Origin: a virus
Strand: one strand, 5' to 3'
IMG/VR virus record: IMGVR_UViG_3300021425_000005
Length of the DNA stretch: 64,000 nt
Below the pieces are notes generated by a model. It did not search any database. It worked only from the letters and a program-made list of their open reading frames with translations, and was not told the DNA's origin. Made by a program: the position numbers and the translations under genes. Shown piece after piece: positions 38,843 through 48,087 of the stretch. Positions within the stretch are counted from its first letter, which is position 1. Each line of letters opens with the position of its first letter.

Positions 38843-39378
38843 TAAGCAACCATAAATTCAGGGACATCACGTTTTGTATAACGAGCCATATCCATTTTGT
38901 AAGTGCGATAGTAATTACGATAAGCGTCAATAGAACTTTCCATCTTGACATCGTCGGGCATCGCTTGAGGCATTTTTGTCATTGGACCATCTTTAATATT
39001 ATGTGGTGGCATTGACAAAATATCTTCTAGTTTTTCCTGAGTCAAATGTTTTTTACCGTAACGATGAGTGTATTCCTTACAAAGTTCTAACCATAATGAA
39101 TACAACCAGAGATAATTGGTAAATGTTTCGCGTGTCCATACAGCTGACGGATGATTGATATGTGATGCTTTGTAAAGAACACCATCCATATTATCATTCG
39201 GATGACGCCAGCGTTTGATGCGACGCCCAGAGGAGTCATCGATATATTGATCACCATCGAGCATACGATGAGCAGTTGACATAAGTTGGGCATACTCGAT
39301 AATCATTTTGACCACATGTTTGTCAAGATGCATTTGGGCAGCTGTTTCAAAGTTTTCGTCAAGGTAAAAAATATTCAT
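38842..39378 (-). CDS. Pyrimidine-dimer glycosylase (DenV-related) family protein
   Basis: MNIFYLD, DKHVVKMIIEYAQLMSTAH, HINHPS..W, EY..RYGK.H. Confidence 0.8.
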   Translation of the reverse strand: MNIFYLDENFETAAQMHLDKHVVKMIIEYAQLMSTAHRMLDGDQYIDDSSGRRIKRWRHPNDNMDGVLYKASHINHPSAVWTRETFTNYLWLYSLWLELCKEYTHRYGKKHLTQEKLEDILSMPPHNIKDGPMTKMPQAMPDDVKMESSIDAYRNYYRTYKMDMARYTKRDVPEFMVA

Positions 39379-39617
39379 CTCATTCTCCTAAAGACTTCAA
39401 TATAATGAATATACAATACTTCTCGAGCAATGTCAAGATCTTTTTTTACATCAGGATACGCAATAATCCCATTGTTATAATCTTTTTCATATTTTGTCAC
39501 TATCTCAATAGCGACCTTCAAGGGCATCTTTGATTTTTTGTCTGGCATCTCTTTTACCCATGTCATAAACTTCTTGGATAAAATTATATAGGTCTGTTCC
39601 ATTGAAGTCAAGAACAT
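39375..39617 (-). CDS. Hypothetical protein (true start probably downstream, ~39548)
   Basis: Stop coupled to the next ATG. Confidence 0.45.
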   Translation of the reverse strand: MFLTSMEQTYIILSKKFMTWVKEMPDKKSKMPLKVAIEIVTKYEKDYNNGIIAYPDVKKDLDIAREVLYIHYIEVFRRMR

Positions 39618-39777
39618 TAATTATCTCTGGGTTTCCTCGCATATCTTTAATATGTATTTCAATTTTTTCTGGAGAACCTGGATCCCACTCAGCAAGGTTT
39701 AGTTGCATGGGAGGAGTTCCAGGAATATATCTGATATCAGTAATATGTCGTAAAAGTTTAGAATATGGATATGTCAT
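39505..39777 (-). CDS. Hypothetical protein
   Basis: TAATG coupling with the exonuclease gene. Confidence 0.65.
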   Translation of the reverse strand: MTYPYSKLLRHITDIRYIPGTPPMQLNLAEWDPGSPEKIEIHIKDMRGNPEIINVLDFNGTDLYNFIQEVYDMGKRDARQKIKDALEGRY

Positions 39778-40343
39778 TATTGTGTTCCTCTGAGAATTTT
39801 AACAAGCGTGTTAGTTTGACTTATAGCATCGTCCAAGGCATTATGCCATTTACCGCCTTGATCGTTCTCAACCTGACGAATATGAGCGTTATTAACACCA
39901 AACAAATGTGTTACTGTCTTGTAACAATAACAATGCCAATACTTCCAAGGAACTGGAAGATTCAATTCATGGCAAGCTGACTCAATAATCCCGAGGTCAA
40001 ATTGTGCACTATTTCCCCACGTAGGTGTTGAAACACCATACCACCTTATAAAATCAGTAATGACTTTATCGAACTGCTCAACATCAACCATAAGAGACTT
40101 CAATGCCGCTGGGTCTTTTTTAGACCACCAATCAAGAGTTCCTTTATCAATATGCCGATTAAATTTCTTTGCTGTTGATGCATCTATATTTTGATAATAA
40201 GTATCGATAACACCGCTCTCAATATTAAATTTTACAGCACCAATTGACAAGATCGCAGCATTACTGCGATTACTGAGGGTCTCAATGTCAATCATCACTT
40301 GATATTTTTTAGGGTCTTCATAATCAAACTTATACATTACCAC
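39777..40343 (-). CDS. DEDDh 3'-5' exonuclease (DexA-like)
   Basis: MIDIETL, SIGAV, WGNSAQFD, HNALDDA. Confidence 0.88.
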   Translation of the reverse strand: MVMYKFDYEDPKKYQVMIDIETLSNRSNAAILSIGAVKFNIESGVIDTYYQNIDASTAKKFNRHIDKGTLDWWSKKDPAALKSLMVDVEQFDKVITDFIRWYGVSTPTWGNSAQFDLGIIESACHELNLPVPWKYWHCYCYKTVTHLFGVNNAHIRQVENDQGGKWHNALDDAISQTNTLVKILRGTQ

Positions 40344-42358
40344 TTACCATTTTGTTTCCAAGTATGTTCAAAGGAGAAATCCTCTGTCATATTGAGTAAC
40401 TGTGCTTCTTGCTCACCATCGAGCATGTCCTGATCAGAGCGGGGGTCATCAGCCTTTGCCAATCTCTTTGCTCGGTCAACGACTCGACCAGTTTGCCTAC
40501 TGAAATCAAAGAACTTCCAAGGATCTTCAACAGATTTATATGAGGCATCAAAGTCTGCTTCCCAATTACCATCGGCGTCAATCTCAAACTTATAAGTCGC
40601 TCTGTATTCACCATTACCAAACGAAATCCACTCACCTGTCCCAAACTCTTCAAAGTCAAGTTCTGGGCTGAAACGGTGCTCGAATTTGAACCCACCTCTA
40701 GTTCTCCAGAAAAATCTAAGAATTGGCCAAACTTCATTCATTAGGCTTTCGGCAAAAGGATTATCAGGAATTTTGATAATGTTCGTATCAAAATTTTCCC
40801 ACTCGATCTCTTTTATACATGATTCATCATGAAAAGTCAAGGAGTAATGTTTACTTTCTAATGCATCTCGTTTACTAACAGGAGTTCCCTTTGCATTCAT
40901 AGCAGGATTATAGACAGGATTTTGAACAATGAGTTTATCAACCATCATATAGATATTTTTAATTCTGGTTAGGACATGTGGTCCAGCAACTCTATAATCT
41001 TCAGTAATCCAATGACCATTATATGTATGTGGTAGGATATTGAACCTAGATAAATCTTGTCCCATGATTGAGTCAGGGCGAGGCATCAATCCATAACCGA
41101 GGCTGATACTATTTAAATTGTTCTCTCTGTTTCTCCACAAAAACTGCATTGTTTGATAGTGGTCATTCGGTTCTTCTGTTGGCCACCCAGAAATCCAGTT
41201 TGTCAACGCTACGATTCCAACTTCCTTGATGTCTCGAAAGTTTTGTTCCATGGCTTCAACTGTAACTTTCTTATCGATACTATCGAGGACTTTTTGACTT
41301 GCTGATTCGCAACCGAAGTTCATGGCAATGCATTTACCTGCAGCCAATTGTCTCAGATATTCTAAATCCATCCTGCCGTCATGACGAGCATATCCCAACC
41401 ACATAACGTCCAATTTATTTTCTTCAATAAGATTTGCAAACTCTTTTAATTCTTTTAGGTTTCCATTTACCAGACTATCTAAGAAGTAGAATACCTGTGA
41501 CCCCCTAGTTTCGTTGAAGTGTTTTACTTCAGAAAATGCATCTGTAAATTCTCTTTGTCTATATTTGTTAAAGTGAGTCTCGGAACAAAAGGTGCACTTA
41601 GCAACACAGCCCCTAGAAAACTCAGAGGATATTGCATTTGGAATAATATATTGATTAAAATCTAGACTGCAATAATCTGGTAAAGGCAAATTACTAATAT
41701 TCAATCTCTGATCAGAAACCTGACTTATAATAACAGGTTTTGGTTCCTCAATCCCCGCTTCGATTTTATTGAGGACACTTAGGATTGCATTTTCACCTTC
41801 ACCAGAAACAATATAATCATAAATTGTTTTCCCTGAATAATCATCTTGAATAGATTGAATGTTAGAACCTCCCACAATAAACTTTGTGTCTGGTAATTGC
41901 GAACGAATCCTATCAACAAACCAATGGGTGACACGTTCACTAAACACATACTCAGTAAATCCTATCACGTCAGGATTGTAATCGATTAAGACTTTAGCTT
42001 GGTCTTCCCAAAAACTTTCAAACCATGGTAATATAACATCATGAAAGTCTGCATCTTGCCAACGCCAACTACCAGTCGTCCATAGGTCGTCATCTATTTC
42101 ATTTTCTAATTGAGAGTAGTTATAAGAGGTTACATTAAAATCAAAAATATCAGTTTCATACCCAGCGGTTTTAGTCACCCCCGCAAGGCGAGCAAGGTTG
42201 TATGGTGGGAATTGAACCGACCACATAGGCATAACGACGAGCGCAAGTTTAGTATTTCTTGTAGCATAATCGATAACTACATCTGATGTTTTTTGTCTCA
42301 CCTTCTTACGATTGGGAGAAATAACATCAAGCATCGCTTGATCGCGTTCAACTGACAT
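40337..42358 (-). CDS. B12-binding radical SAM enzyme
   Basis: MPMWSVQFPPYNLARL, PDVIGF, IVGG, GEGE, EFSRGCVAKCTFC, FLDSLVNG, FGCES; start re-set to the TAATG-coupled ATG. Confidence 0.93.
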   Translation of the reverse strand: MSVERDQAMLDVISPNRKKVRQKTSDVVIDYATRNTKLALVVMPMWSVQFPPYNLARLAGVTKTAGYETDIFDFNVTSYNYSQLENEIDDDLWTTGSWRWQDADFHDVILPWFESFWEDQAKVLIDYNPDVIGFTEYVFSERVTHWFVDRIRSQLPDTKFIVGGSNIQSIQDDYSGKTIYDYIVSGEGENAILSVLNKIEAGIEEPKPVIISQVSDQRLNISNLPLPDYCSLDFNQYIIPNAISSEFSRGCVAKCTFCSETHFNKYRQREFTDAFSEVKHFNETRGSQVFYFLDSLVNGNLKELKEFANLIEENKLDVMWLGYARHDGRMDLEYLRQLAAGKCIAMNFGCESASQKVLDSIDKKVTVEAMEQNFRDIKEVGIVALTNWISGWPTEEPNDHYQTMQFLWRNRENNLNSISLGYGLMPRPDSIMGQDLSRFNILPHTYNGHWITEDYRVAGPHVLTRIKNIYMMVDKLIVQNPVYNPAMNAKGTPVSKRDALESKHYSLTFHDESCIKEIEWENFDTNIIKIPDNPFAESLMNEVWPILRFFWRTRGGFKFEHRFSPELDFEEFGTGEWISFGNGEYRATYKFEIDADGNWEADFDASYKSVEDPWKFFDFSRQTGRVVDRAKRLAKADDPRSDQDMLDGEQEAQLLNMTEDFSFEHTWKQNGKW

Positions 42359-44337
42359 TATTTGCGCCATTGACCAGCACCTTCCCAATCTAATTTAAAA
42401 CTTAGATCTATCTCTTTATTATACCTATCCGCACGACTCTTCACTTCTGATATTTCATCTTCTGTCTGTTGACCCTTTGAGTGTATAGAAATTGCTTCAG
42501 TGATGTGACTTGGATTCAGGTCTAAATCGATGAATGAAAATGGCTCGTCTATTTGCTTGAAATCAAAATTTAATTTCATATCCCAATAACCCTCATCGTC
42601 TATATCAAATTTTATATTATAGGATAACTCGTTCTTACCGAAAGAGTCACCCAAAAACCCCTCATCAATCTTGGGGTCTGCTGTTATTTCTATGTTGAAT
42701 GCACCCTTCATTTTCCATAATATTCTAAGCAACGACCAGACTTCGTTTACCATAGTCTTAGCATACGGATTTAAATCCTCTTTGACCAGATGAAAATCCT
42801 CGAAATCATCAAACTCCTCAAACTCATTATCTAGATTTTTAAAGAATTTAAAGTTGTAGTGGTCTAATGGATTAGCCATAGATGAATTATTTTCAATCAT
42901 CATCCCTTCTGTATTTCTCAATTCCCGTATGAAGATGTTTGCCATCTTAGCACGAACCTTATTTGTATCTCCACCCTGAGAAAAATCATCTAAGATCCAG
43001 TGACCACCATAGGCTAAATTTGAATACTTTTTATAAAATTGTGAAGGGTTCAATCCAACCATGGCAGATGACATAACCCAATAATCTGGTGCAATAGCGA
43101 TTGATTTTAAATTTCTACAAGCTGATCTCCACAGCATCTCATATGTCTTATAGACTTCTGAGATTTGTTCTTCGGGGGATCCAAAAATAATCTGACTTTG
43201 TGCCCAGAGTTTAACCCTAGCAAATGAATCCATGTTGTCGTGAATAGTCTGGACATTCACCTTCTTGTTCATCTTATTCAGTGCACCTTGCGCACCAGTC
43301 TCGGTTCCAAAGTTCATACCCCACAATCCACCATCTTTTAGGATTTGCAGATACTCATCGGTCATCCTTTTGTCATGTCGAGCATAACCAAACCACCAGA
43401 TAGGAAGTTCCCTTTCTTTTACTTCTATGGCAAACTCCTTCAACTTTTTAAGGTCGCCATTGATGAGGCTGTCCGTAAACCAAAACATTTGGACGCCATG
43501 GGTTTCATATAATTCTTGCAATTCATCAACAAGAGTGGTTGATTCTTTTTGACGATATTTCCAGAAATGAGTTTCAGAACAGAAAGAACACTTAGCTACA
43601 CAACCACGTGAAAATTCAGTCAACATACAATTTGGCATATCATAGAGATTCAAATCCAAATCTGTGTAATCTGGTGTTGGAAGTTCATCTAGACTCAACC
43701 TTTGCCTTGATGATTCAAAAATTTTCACTTCATCATTTTTAATACCCATTTCAATTTCATTCAGTATAGGTAGGAATGTTTCCTCACCTTCACCAACTGA
43801 TACATAATCAATATCAAATTTATTTTGAGAATCTGCAGAGTCTGTAAGTGTATTTGGTCCACCGAGTATGATTTTAATATTCGGATTATGCTTCTTCATC
43901 ATATCAGTATATCTGTGAGTTGCGAACCTGTTATAAAAATAACAAGAGACACCAACGATATCTGGATTATAATTTTCTAACATTTCCTTCACAAGTCGAT
44001 CGACTGTGGGATAGAGAAGTTCTTCCATTGAAGATTCGTCATACCAACCACTCAGTAATGAATTGTTGTATTCACCTTTTGGTTTACCCAACGCATCATA
44101 TGCATGTTTAGCAGCAATATTAAAATCAAAAATTTTAGATTGATACCCTGCTCGTTTTGCCATTGCATTCAAGCGAGCAAGATTATATGGTGGGAATGTA
44201 GCCGCCCACACAGGTAATGTCAGTAGCGCAACCTTCGATTTACGCTGAATACTATATTCTTTTTTTACAGGTTGCGAATTGACTTTTTGTGAATGACCCT
44301 CAATCTGTTTGAGGATCTGCATATCACGATTAGACAT
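42358..44337 (-). CDS. B12-binding radical SAM enzyme
   Basis: LPVWAATFPPYNLARL, PDIVGVS, LGGP, GEGE, EFSRGCVAKCSFC, FTDSLING; TGATG-coupled to gp55. Confidence 0.93.
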   Translation of the reverse strand: MSNRDMQILKQIEGHSQKVNSQPVKKEYSIQRKSKVALLTLPVWAATFPPYNLARLNAMAKRAGYQSKIFDFNIAAKHAYDALGKPKGEYNNSLLSGWYDESSMEELLYPTVDRLVKEMLENYNPDIVGVSCYFYNRFATHRYTDMMKKHNPNIKIILGGPNTLTDSADSQNKFDIDYVSVGEGEETFLPILNEIEMGIKNDEVKIFESSRQRLSLDELPTPDYTDLDLNLYDMPNCMLTEFSRGCVAKCSFCSETHFWKYRQKESTTLVDELQELYETHGVQMFWFTDSLINGDLKKLKEFAIEVKERELPIWWFGYARHDKRMTDEYLQILKDGGLWGMNFGTETGAQGALNKMNKKVNVQTIHDNMDSFARVKLWAQSQIIFGSPEEQISEVYKTYEMLWRSACRNLKSIAIAPDYWVMSSAMVGLNPSQFYKKYSNLAYGGHWILDDFSQGGDTNKVRAKMANIFIRELRNTEGMMIENNSSMANPLDHYNFKFFKNLDNEFEEFDDFEDFHLVKEDLNPYAKTMVNEVWSLLRILWKMKGAFNIEITADPKIDEGFLGDSFGKNELSYNIKFDIDDEGYWDMKLNFDFKQIDEPFSFIDLDLNPSHITEAISIHSKGQQTEDEISEVKSRADRYNKEIDLSFKLDWEGAGQWRK

Positions 44338-44936
44338 CAATCACCTTTCAAGGCAGGGATCTTCTTCTTCGCCATCTCCATGGCTTCTTTGTCATCTAGA
44401 TATTTAGGTCTACGCTTCTTAACATTAGCTTTCTGATCAGCATGTTTTTCTTCTAAGGTTGCTGCTTCATCTACTGCCTTGCGGATATAATCGAGATACT
44501 CAGCATTACCTTCATGACCATCAGCATCAGCAGACAATAACTCTTGCATATCTAAACTACCGATATACTTCTTTTTCGTATCCATCTGCTTTTTCTCTTT
44601 TTGAATACGACGGATAAACGCATAGTAAGTAATTTGAGTAAAATATGCAAAAGGATTCTTAGATTTCTCAGGATCGAAGTTATCAATATATGTAATGCAG
44701 TTTTCGATACCGTCAAGAATCATCTCATCGCGAAATGTATAGTTCACAAAGTTCGATTTATATGCCAAATGGTTTGCAATCTTCACCATACATTCACCGA
44801 GATACTCGGTAACTCGAGGCTTCTCTTCGCCAGCTTCTTTGGCTGCAATAACTCGCTCGCGATACTCGGAGATCGCTACTAAAAATTCTTTGTTGTCGAC
44901 ATAGTGCCGACTGTTGGGGTCTCTTCTTTTAGCCAT
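44337..44936 (-). CDS. gp55: Late-transcription sigma factor gp55
   Basis: HYVDNKEF, YLGEC..KIA, NFVNYT.RDEMILDGIENC, NPFAYFTQI..AFIRRIQKEK. Confidence 0.97.
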   Translation of the reverse strand: MAKRRDPNSRHYVDNKEFLVAISEYRERVIAAKEAGEEKPRVTEYLGECMVKIANHLAYKSNFVNYTFRDEMILDGIENCITYIDNFDPEKSKNPFAYFTQITYYAFIRRIQKEKKQMDTKKKYIGSLDMQELLSADADGHEGNAEYLDYIRKAVDEAATLEEKHADQKANVKKRRPKYLDDKEAMEMAKKKIPALKGD

Positions 44937-44945
44937 AATAAATCC

Positions 44946-44974
44946 ATATTATCTCATATTTTTTTGAATGTCAA
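44946..44974 (-). promoter_or_regulatory. Sigma70-type promoter for the gp55-radical SAM operon
   Basis: TTGACA-17 nt-TAATAT-9 nt-ATG. Confidence 0.75.
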
Positions 44975-44987
44975 TCATTTTTTTTGC

Positions 44988-45017
44988 TTGACTATTTACC
45001 AATTTTAGCCATATAAT
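44988..45017 (+). promoter_or_regulatory. Divergent antisense sigma70-type promoter
   Basis: TTGACT-18 nt-TATAAT with no + strand gene downstream. Confidence 0.5.
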
Positions 45018-45040
45018 CAGCATGTGCTGGGGTGATAAGA

Positions 45041-45442
45041 TTAGTTTAATTTACCTTCGTCTTTAAGTTGTAAATATTCGAGTAAGTCTTCAGGAGTTAA
45101 TTCTTCCTCTTCTGGAGGATCCTGGAACTCGTCAGATCTGAAGAAAAGACGATTCACTACATTTTCATATCCAGCGACATACTCTTCTCTCAATACAGCA
45201 ATAGTCGTAATGTCACTTGTATTTAGGGTGAACATAACATCATCCGAGAGACCCATCCACGCTTTCAACATATACTGTTCTAGCATATGACTTCCGCCAT
45301 TTTCTTCCAAACCTTTAGAAACGATTTCAATTGGATATAAAATATTAATGAAATTTTGTTTTTGAAGATCGTCCAAACTTTCCACCATACACACAATCAT
45401 TGTCCCATCAGAGAAACGGATTATTCTTGTGTTATTTTCCAT
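45041..45442 (-). CDS. Conserved T4-like hypothetical between uvsW and gp55
   Basis: Position and Sm-like N-terminal pattern. Confidence 0.75.
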   Translation of the reverse strand: MENNTRIIRFSDGTMIVCMVESLDDLQKQNFINILYPIEIVSKGLEENGGSHMLEQYMLKAWMGLSDDVMFTLNTSDITTIAVLREEYVAGYENVVNRLFFRSDEFQDPPEEEELTPEDLLEYLQLKDEGKLN

Positions 45443-46922
45443 CCTTGTTCACCTTAACAGTTTTATATTTGAAACCCTCTTCGTTGTATAATTTAATTCG
45501 CCCAATCAAATGTTCAAGGGTATAGTTTTTTCGAGACTTCCAAGAGAGATCGTCACCAATATCATAAAGATTACAGGCAACTTTATTTTCTCCGAGCCGC
45601 AAGCCTCGCCCAATAGATTGGAGGTTGCGTATTCTGCTCTTTGATGGCGAGGCGAACACTACATTATGTAGGTTCTTGATATTTATACCTGTGGAGAATG
45701 TGCCATACGAGGCAATGATAATCGCATTATTTGACTTCTCTGTAAGAGCGCGGATATTCTCACGCTGCTCTGTGTCTGTTCCGCCATATACAAAATACAC
45801 AGGACGGTTTGGTCCAGCTTTCCCTTTAATCATCTCAAATAAAACACTACCGTGTTTTTCTACAAACTGAAATAAGACGAGACTATTACCTTCACATCTC
45901 ATTGTAAGGTTACTGATGAAGTTATTTCGCCAATGGTCGCGAACAAGCCAGTCAACCTCGTCCTGATACTTCATCTTCTTCATTGCTTGTTTATCTTCAT
46001 CAGTGTGATTGAGAAGCAAACATGTAATATCAAGTTCAGCGACGCTACCCTTTTCCATCAGTTCTTTTGTAGTGATAACCTTAGTGACTGGACCAAAGCA
46101 ACCTTCTAATACGAGACGATGAGTCTTTGTTCCATCTAATGTTCCTGTCGTTCCAAACCGCCAATGAGCGTTTTGACATTTATTCATGATTGTGGAAAGG
46201 GACTTCGCTTTGAAAAGGTGTGCCTCATCTCCATACACCACATCAAACTTCTCGAACCATTTTTTAGGAAACTTATATATTGATTGCCATGTCGAGATTG
46301 TAACTGGATATTCATTCGATTTTTCTTTGCCGCCATAGATACGATGGCAGTTTTCACTTGCTTGCCAATCAACAGCACTAGCATAGTCTTGGAAGTCACC
46401 ATACATCTGCTCAACGAGTGATGTGGTCGGAACAATGATGAGTTGACGCTTATTTCTTTTCTGGAAATAACGCATGAGTGTGTAAATTATTAATGACTTA
46501 CCAGAGGCAGTGGGCGACAACAATAGAGACCTAGCACCCTGAATACCTTTACGGACTGCTTGAATTTGATAATCCCGAATCTCAATTGGTTTATCGTTGG
46601 AGTGTAGATTTAGTTCTTCAGCAAACTTCTTAACATACTCCGACGAGACAATATCTCCAAGAGATTCGATCTGATTATCAATAGTATATTCAAGCTGTTT
46701 GGCGAAGTCCTCGAGATACTTAATAAGACCAACTGGAAGTTCTTTGTTGAACATATTGAAAAGTCTAGCTTTACCATCCCACATACGAGATCGATAAGCA
46801 GGCATGAACCTTGCTCCTGGAACTTCGAAGGTGAAGAAATCATTTAATTCTTGTAGGATGCCAGTGTCACATTCAACGCTAAGATTGACAGCATCTTTAT
46901 ATGTGACAGTAATATCAGCCAT
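45432..46922 (-). CDS. uvsW: UvsW helicase
   Basis: WDGK.RLF, RDYQ, SPTASGKS, DEAH, GTTGT, QSIGRGLR. Confidence 0.97.
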   Translation of the reverse strand: MADITVTYKDAVNLSVECDTGILQELNDFFTFEVPGARFMPAYRSRMWDGKARLFNMFNKELPVGLIKYLEDFAKQLEYTIDNQIESLGDIVSSEYVKKFAEELNLHSNDKPIEIRDYQIQAVRKGIQGARSLLLSPTASGKSLIIYTLMRYFQKRNKRQLIIVPTTSLVEQMYGDFQDYASAVDWQASENCHRIYGGKEKSNEYPVTISTWQSIYKFPKKWFEKFDVVYGDEAHLFKAKSLSTIMNKCQNAHWRFGTTGTLDGTKTHRLVLEGCFGPVTKVITTKELMEKGSVAELDITCLLLNHTDEDKQAMKKMKYQDEVDWLVRDHWRNNFISNLTMRCEGNSLVLFQFVEKHGSVLFEMIKGKAGPNRPVYFVYGGTDTEQRENIRALTEKSNNAIIIASYGTFSTGINIKNLHNVVFASPSKSRIRNLQSIGRGLRLGENKVACNLYDIGDDLSWKSRKNYTLEHLIGRIKLYNEEGFKYKTVKVNKDGK

Positions 46923-47365
46923 TACATGAGACCGTTTGTAAATTTAGTCCATTCGATACCATTTTTGATATCCCAAGTGCGACTGTGTAAAGAACGCATA
47001 ACTCGGTCGAGGAAATCAACAACAGTGCGAATATATTCGACCTTATTCATTTGTTCTTGTAAATCATCATCGGATTCAATCATCTCTGACATGTCATTTT
47101 TCAGAGGTTTATTTCCGAGCCATTGATCCCAGCCAAGAGCATCAAGTTCTTGTTTTGAAAGTTCACCTCTCCAATATTGTTGTTTTACGCGGCGAAGTTT
47201 GTAGAATGCAGCTTCGGATTTACGCAACTGTAGTTTGAAGTTAGAAAGATGATTGAGATATTTTGAATGTAGTTCAGCTGTTTTGATTGTCGCTTTGCCG
47301 AGTTCTAACTCGTCAATTTTACAGTCTACAGCCCATTCGTCTTGGAGTTCTTTTAGAGTAATCAT
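46922..47365 (-). CDS. uvsY: Recombination mediator UvsY
   Basis: W..DCKID, LHSKYL, RTWDIKNGIEW.KF; position. Confidence 0.92.
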   Translation of the reverse strand: MITLKELQDEWAVDCKIDELELGKATIKTAELHSKYLNHLSNFKLQLRKSEAAFYKLRRVKQQYWRGELSKQELDALGWDQWLGNKPLKNDMSEMIESDDDLQEQMNKVEYIRTVVDFLDRVMRSLHSRTWDIKNGIEWTKFTNGLM

Positions 47366-47400
47366 GTATCAATAATAAAGTAGTTTCAAGAAAAAGTCAA
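47366..47400 (-). promoter_or_regulatory. Sigma70-type promoter, leaderless geometry
   Basis: TTGACT-17 nt-TATTAT-6 nt-ATG. Confidence 0.75.
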
Positions 47401-47402
47401 GA

Positions 47403-47993
47403 TTAACTTACGGTTTCAATCTTGAACGTGCGGTATCTAAACCCAGCGATACCAACGAAATAATCGCCAGCACCCTGAGAAATGTCAAAGTCTAGACCTT
47501 CTAAACTGGTAGGGAAGGCATCAATAAATGTAATTTTAACATTAGGATTATTGTTTGAATCTAATACAAAAAGAGTTGCATCACTTACTTGTGCAATAGC
47601 CTCTTTTTTATTCTTAGAAGCAGTTGCTGTTCTATATTCCTGAGTCTTAATGAAGTCCGTGAATTGCGCATGGCTTTCTGGAAACCCTAAACCTGTGAGC
47701 CAGTTATACAACTCTACATAGTTAGCCATATCCTCTTGAATGAGGAATCTGATCATAAGTTCACCGAACTGAACCTTATCTCCTGGAAAGGGTATATTAG
47801 CCAGAGGTGTGCTTACTTCAGGTTGTCCAATAGACATCTGTGGTATATTAGCCGCCTGACAAAAGAAAGAAACATTAGGAATGTTTGCAATCTGAAATCG
47901 AAACCCATTTGGGCGCAGAAAGTCTAGTTCAGTAGGATTACTTCCTCCATCGAACTGTGCTTCTGATACATTTGTGATAGGATTATATGCCAT
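47403..47993 (-). CDS. gp3: Tail completion/terminator protein gp3
   Basis: FL.PNGFRF, FFCQAANIP, PGDK, SDATL..LDSNNN, FPTSL. Confidence 0.9.
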   Translation of the reverse strand: MAYNPITNVSEAQFDGGSNPTELDFLRPNGFRFQIANIPNVSFFCQAANIPQMSIGQPEVSTPLANIPFPGDKVQFGELMIRFLIQEDMANYVELYNWLTGLGFPESHAQFTDFIKTQEYRTATASKNKKEAIAQVSDATLFVLDSNNNPNVKITFIDAFPTSLEGLDFDISQGAGDYFVGIAGFRYRTFKIETVS

Positions 47994-47998
47994 AACAC

Positions 47999-48006
47999 TA
48001 TTTATA
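47999..48006 (-). promoter_or_regulatory. Late promoter TATAAATA
   Basis: Exact consensus, 5 nt before the gp3 ATG. Confidence 0.8.
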
Positions 48007-48019
48007 AGAGTTGCAATAT

Positions 48020-48053
48020 AAAAAAAGAGGCGACTCTTTTCGGAGCCGCCTCT
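48020..48053 (-). terminator. Rho-independent terminator after gp23
   Basis: AGAGGCGGCTC-loop-GAGTCGCCTCT followed by a T-run. Confidence 0.88.
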
Positions 48054-48087
48054 CTAATAAGTGGTGAGTTAGCCTCACTCTTATTGT

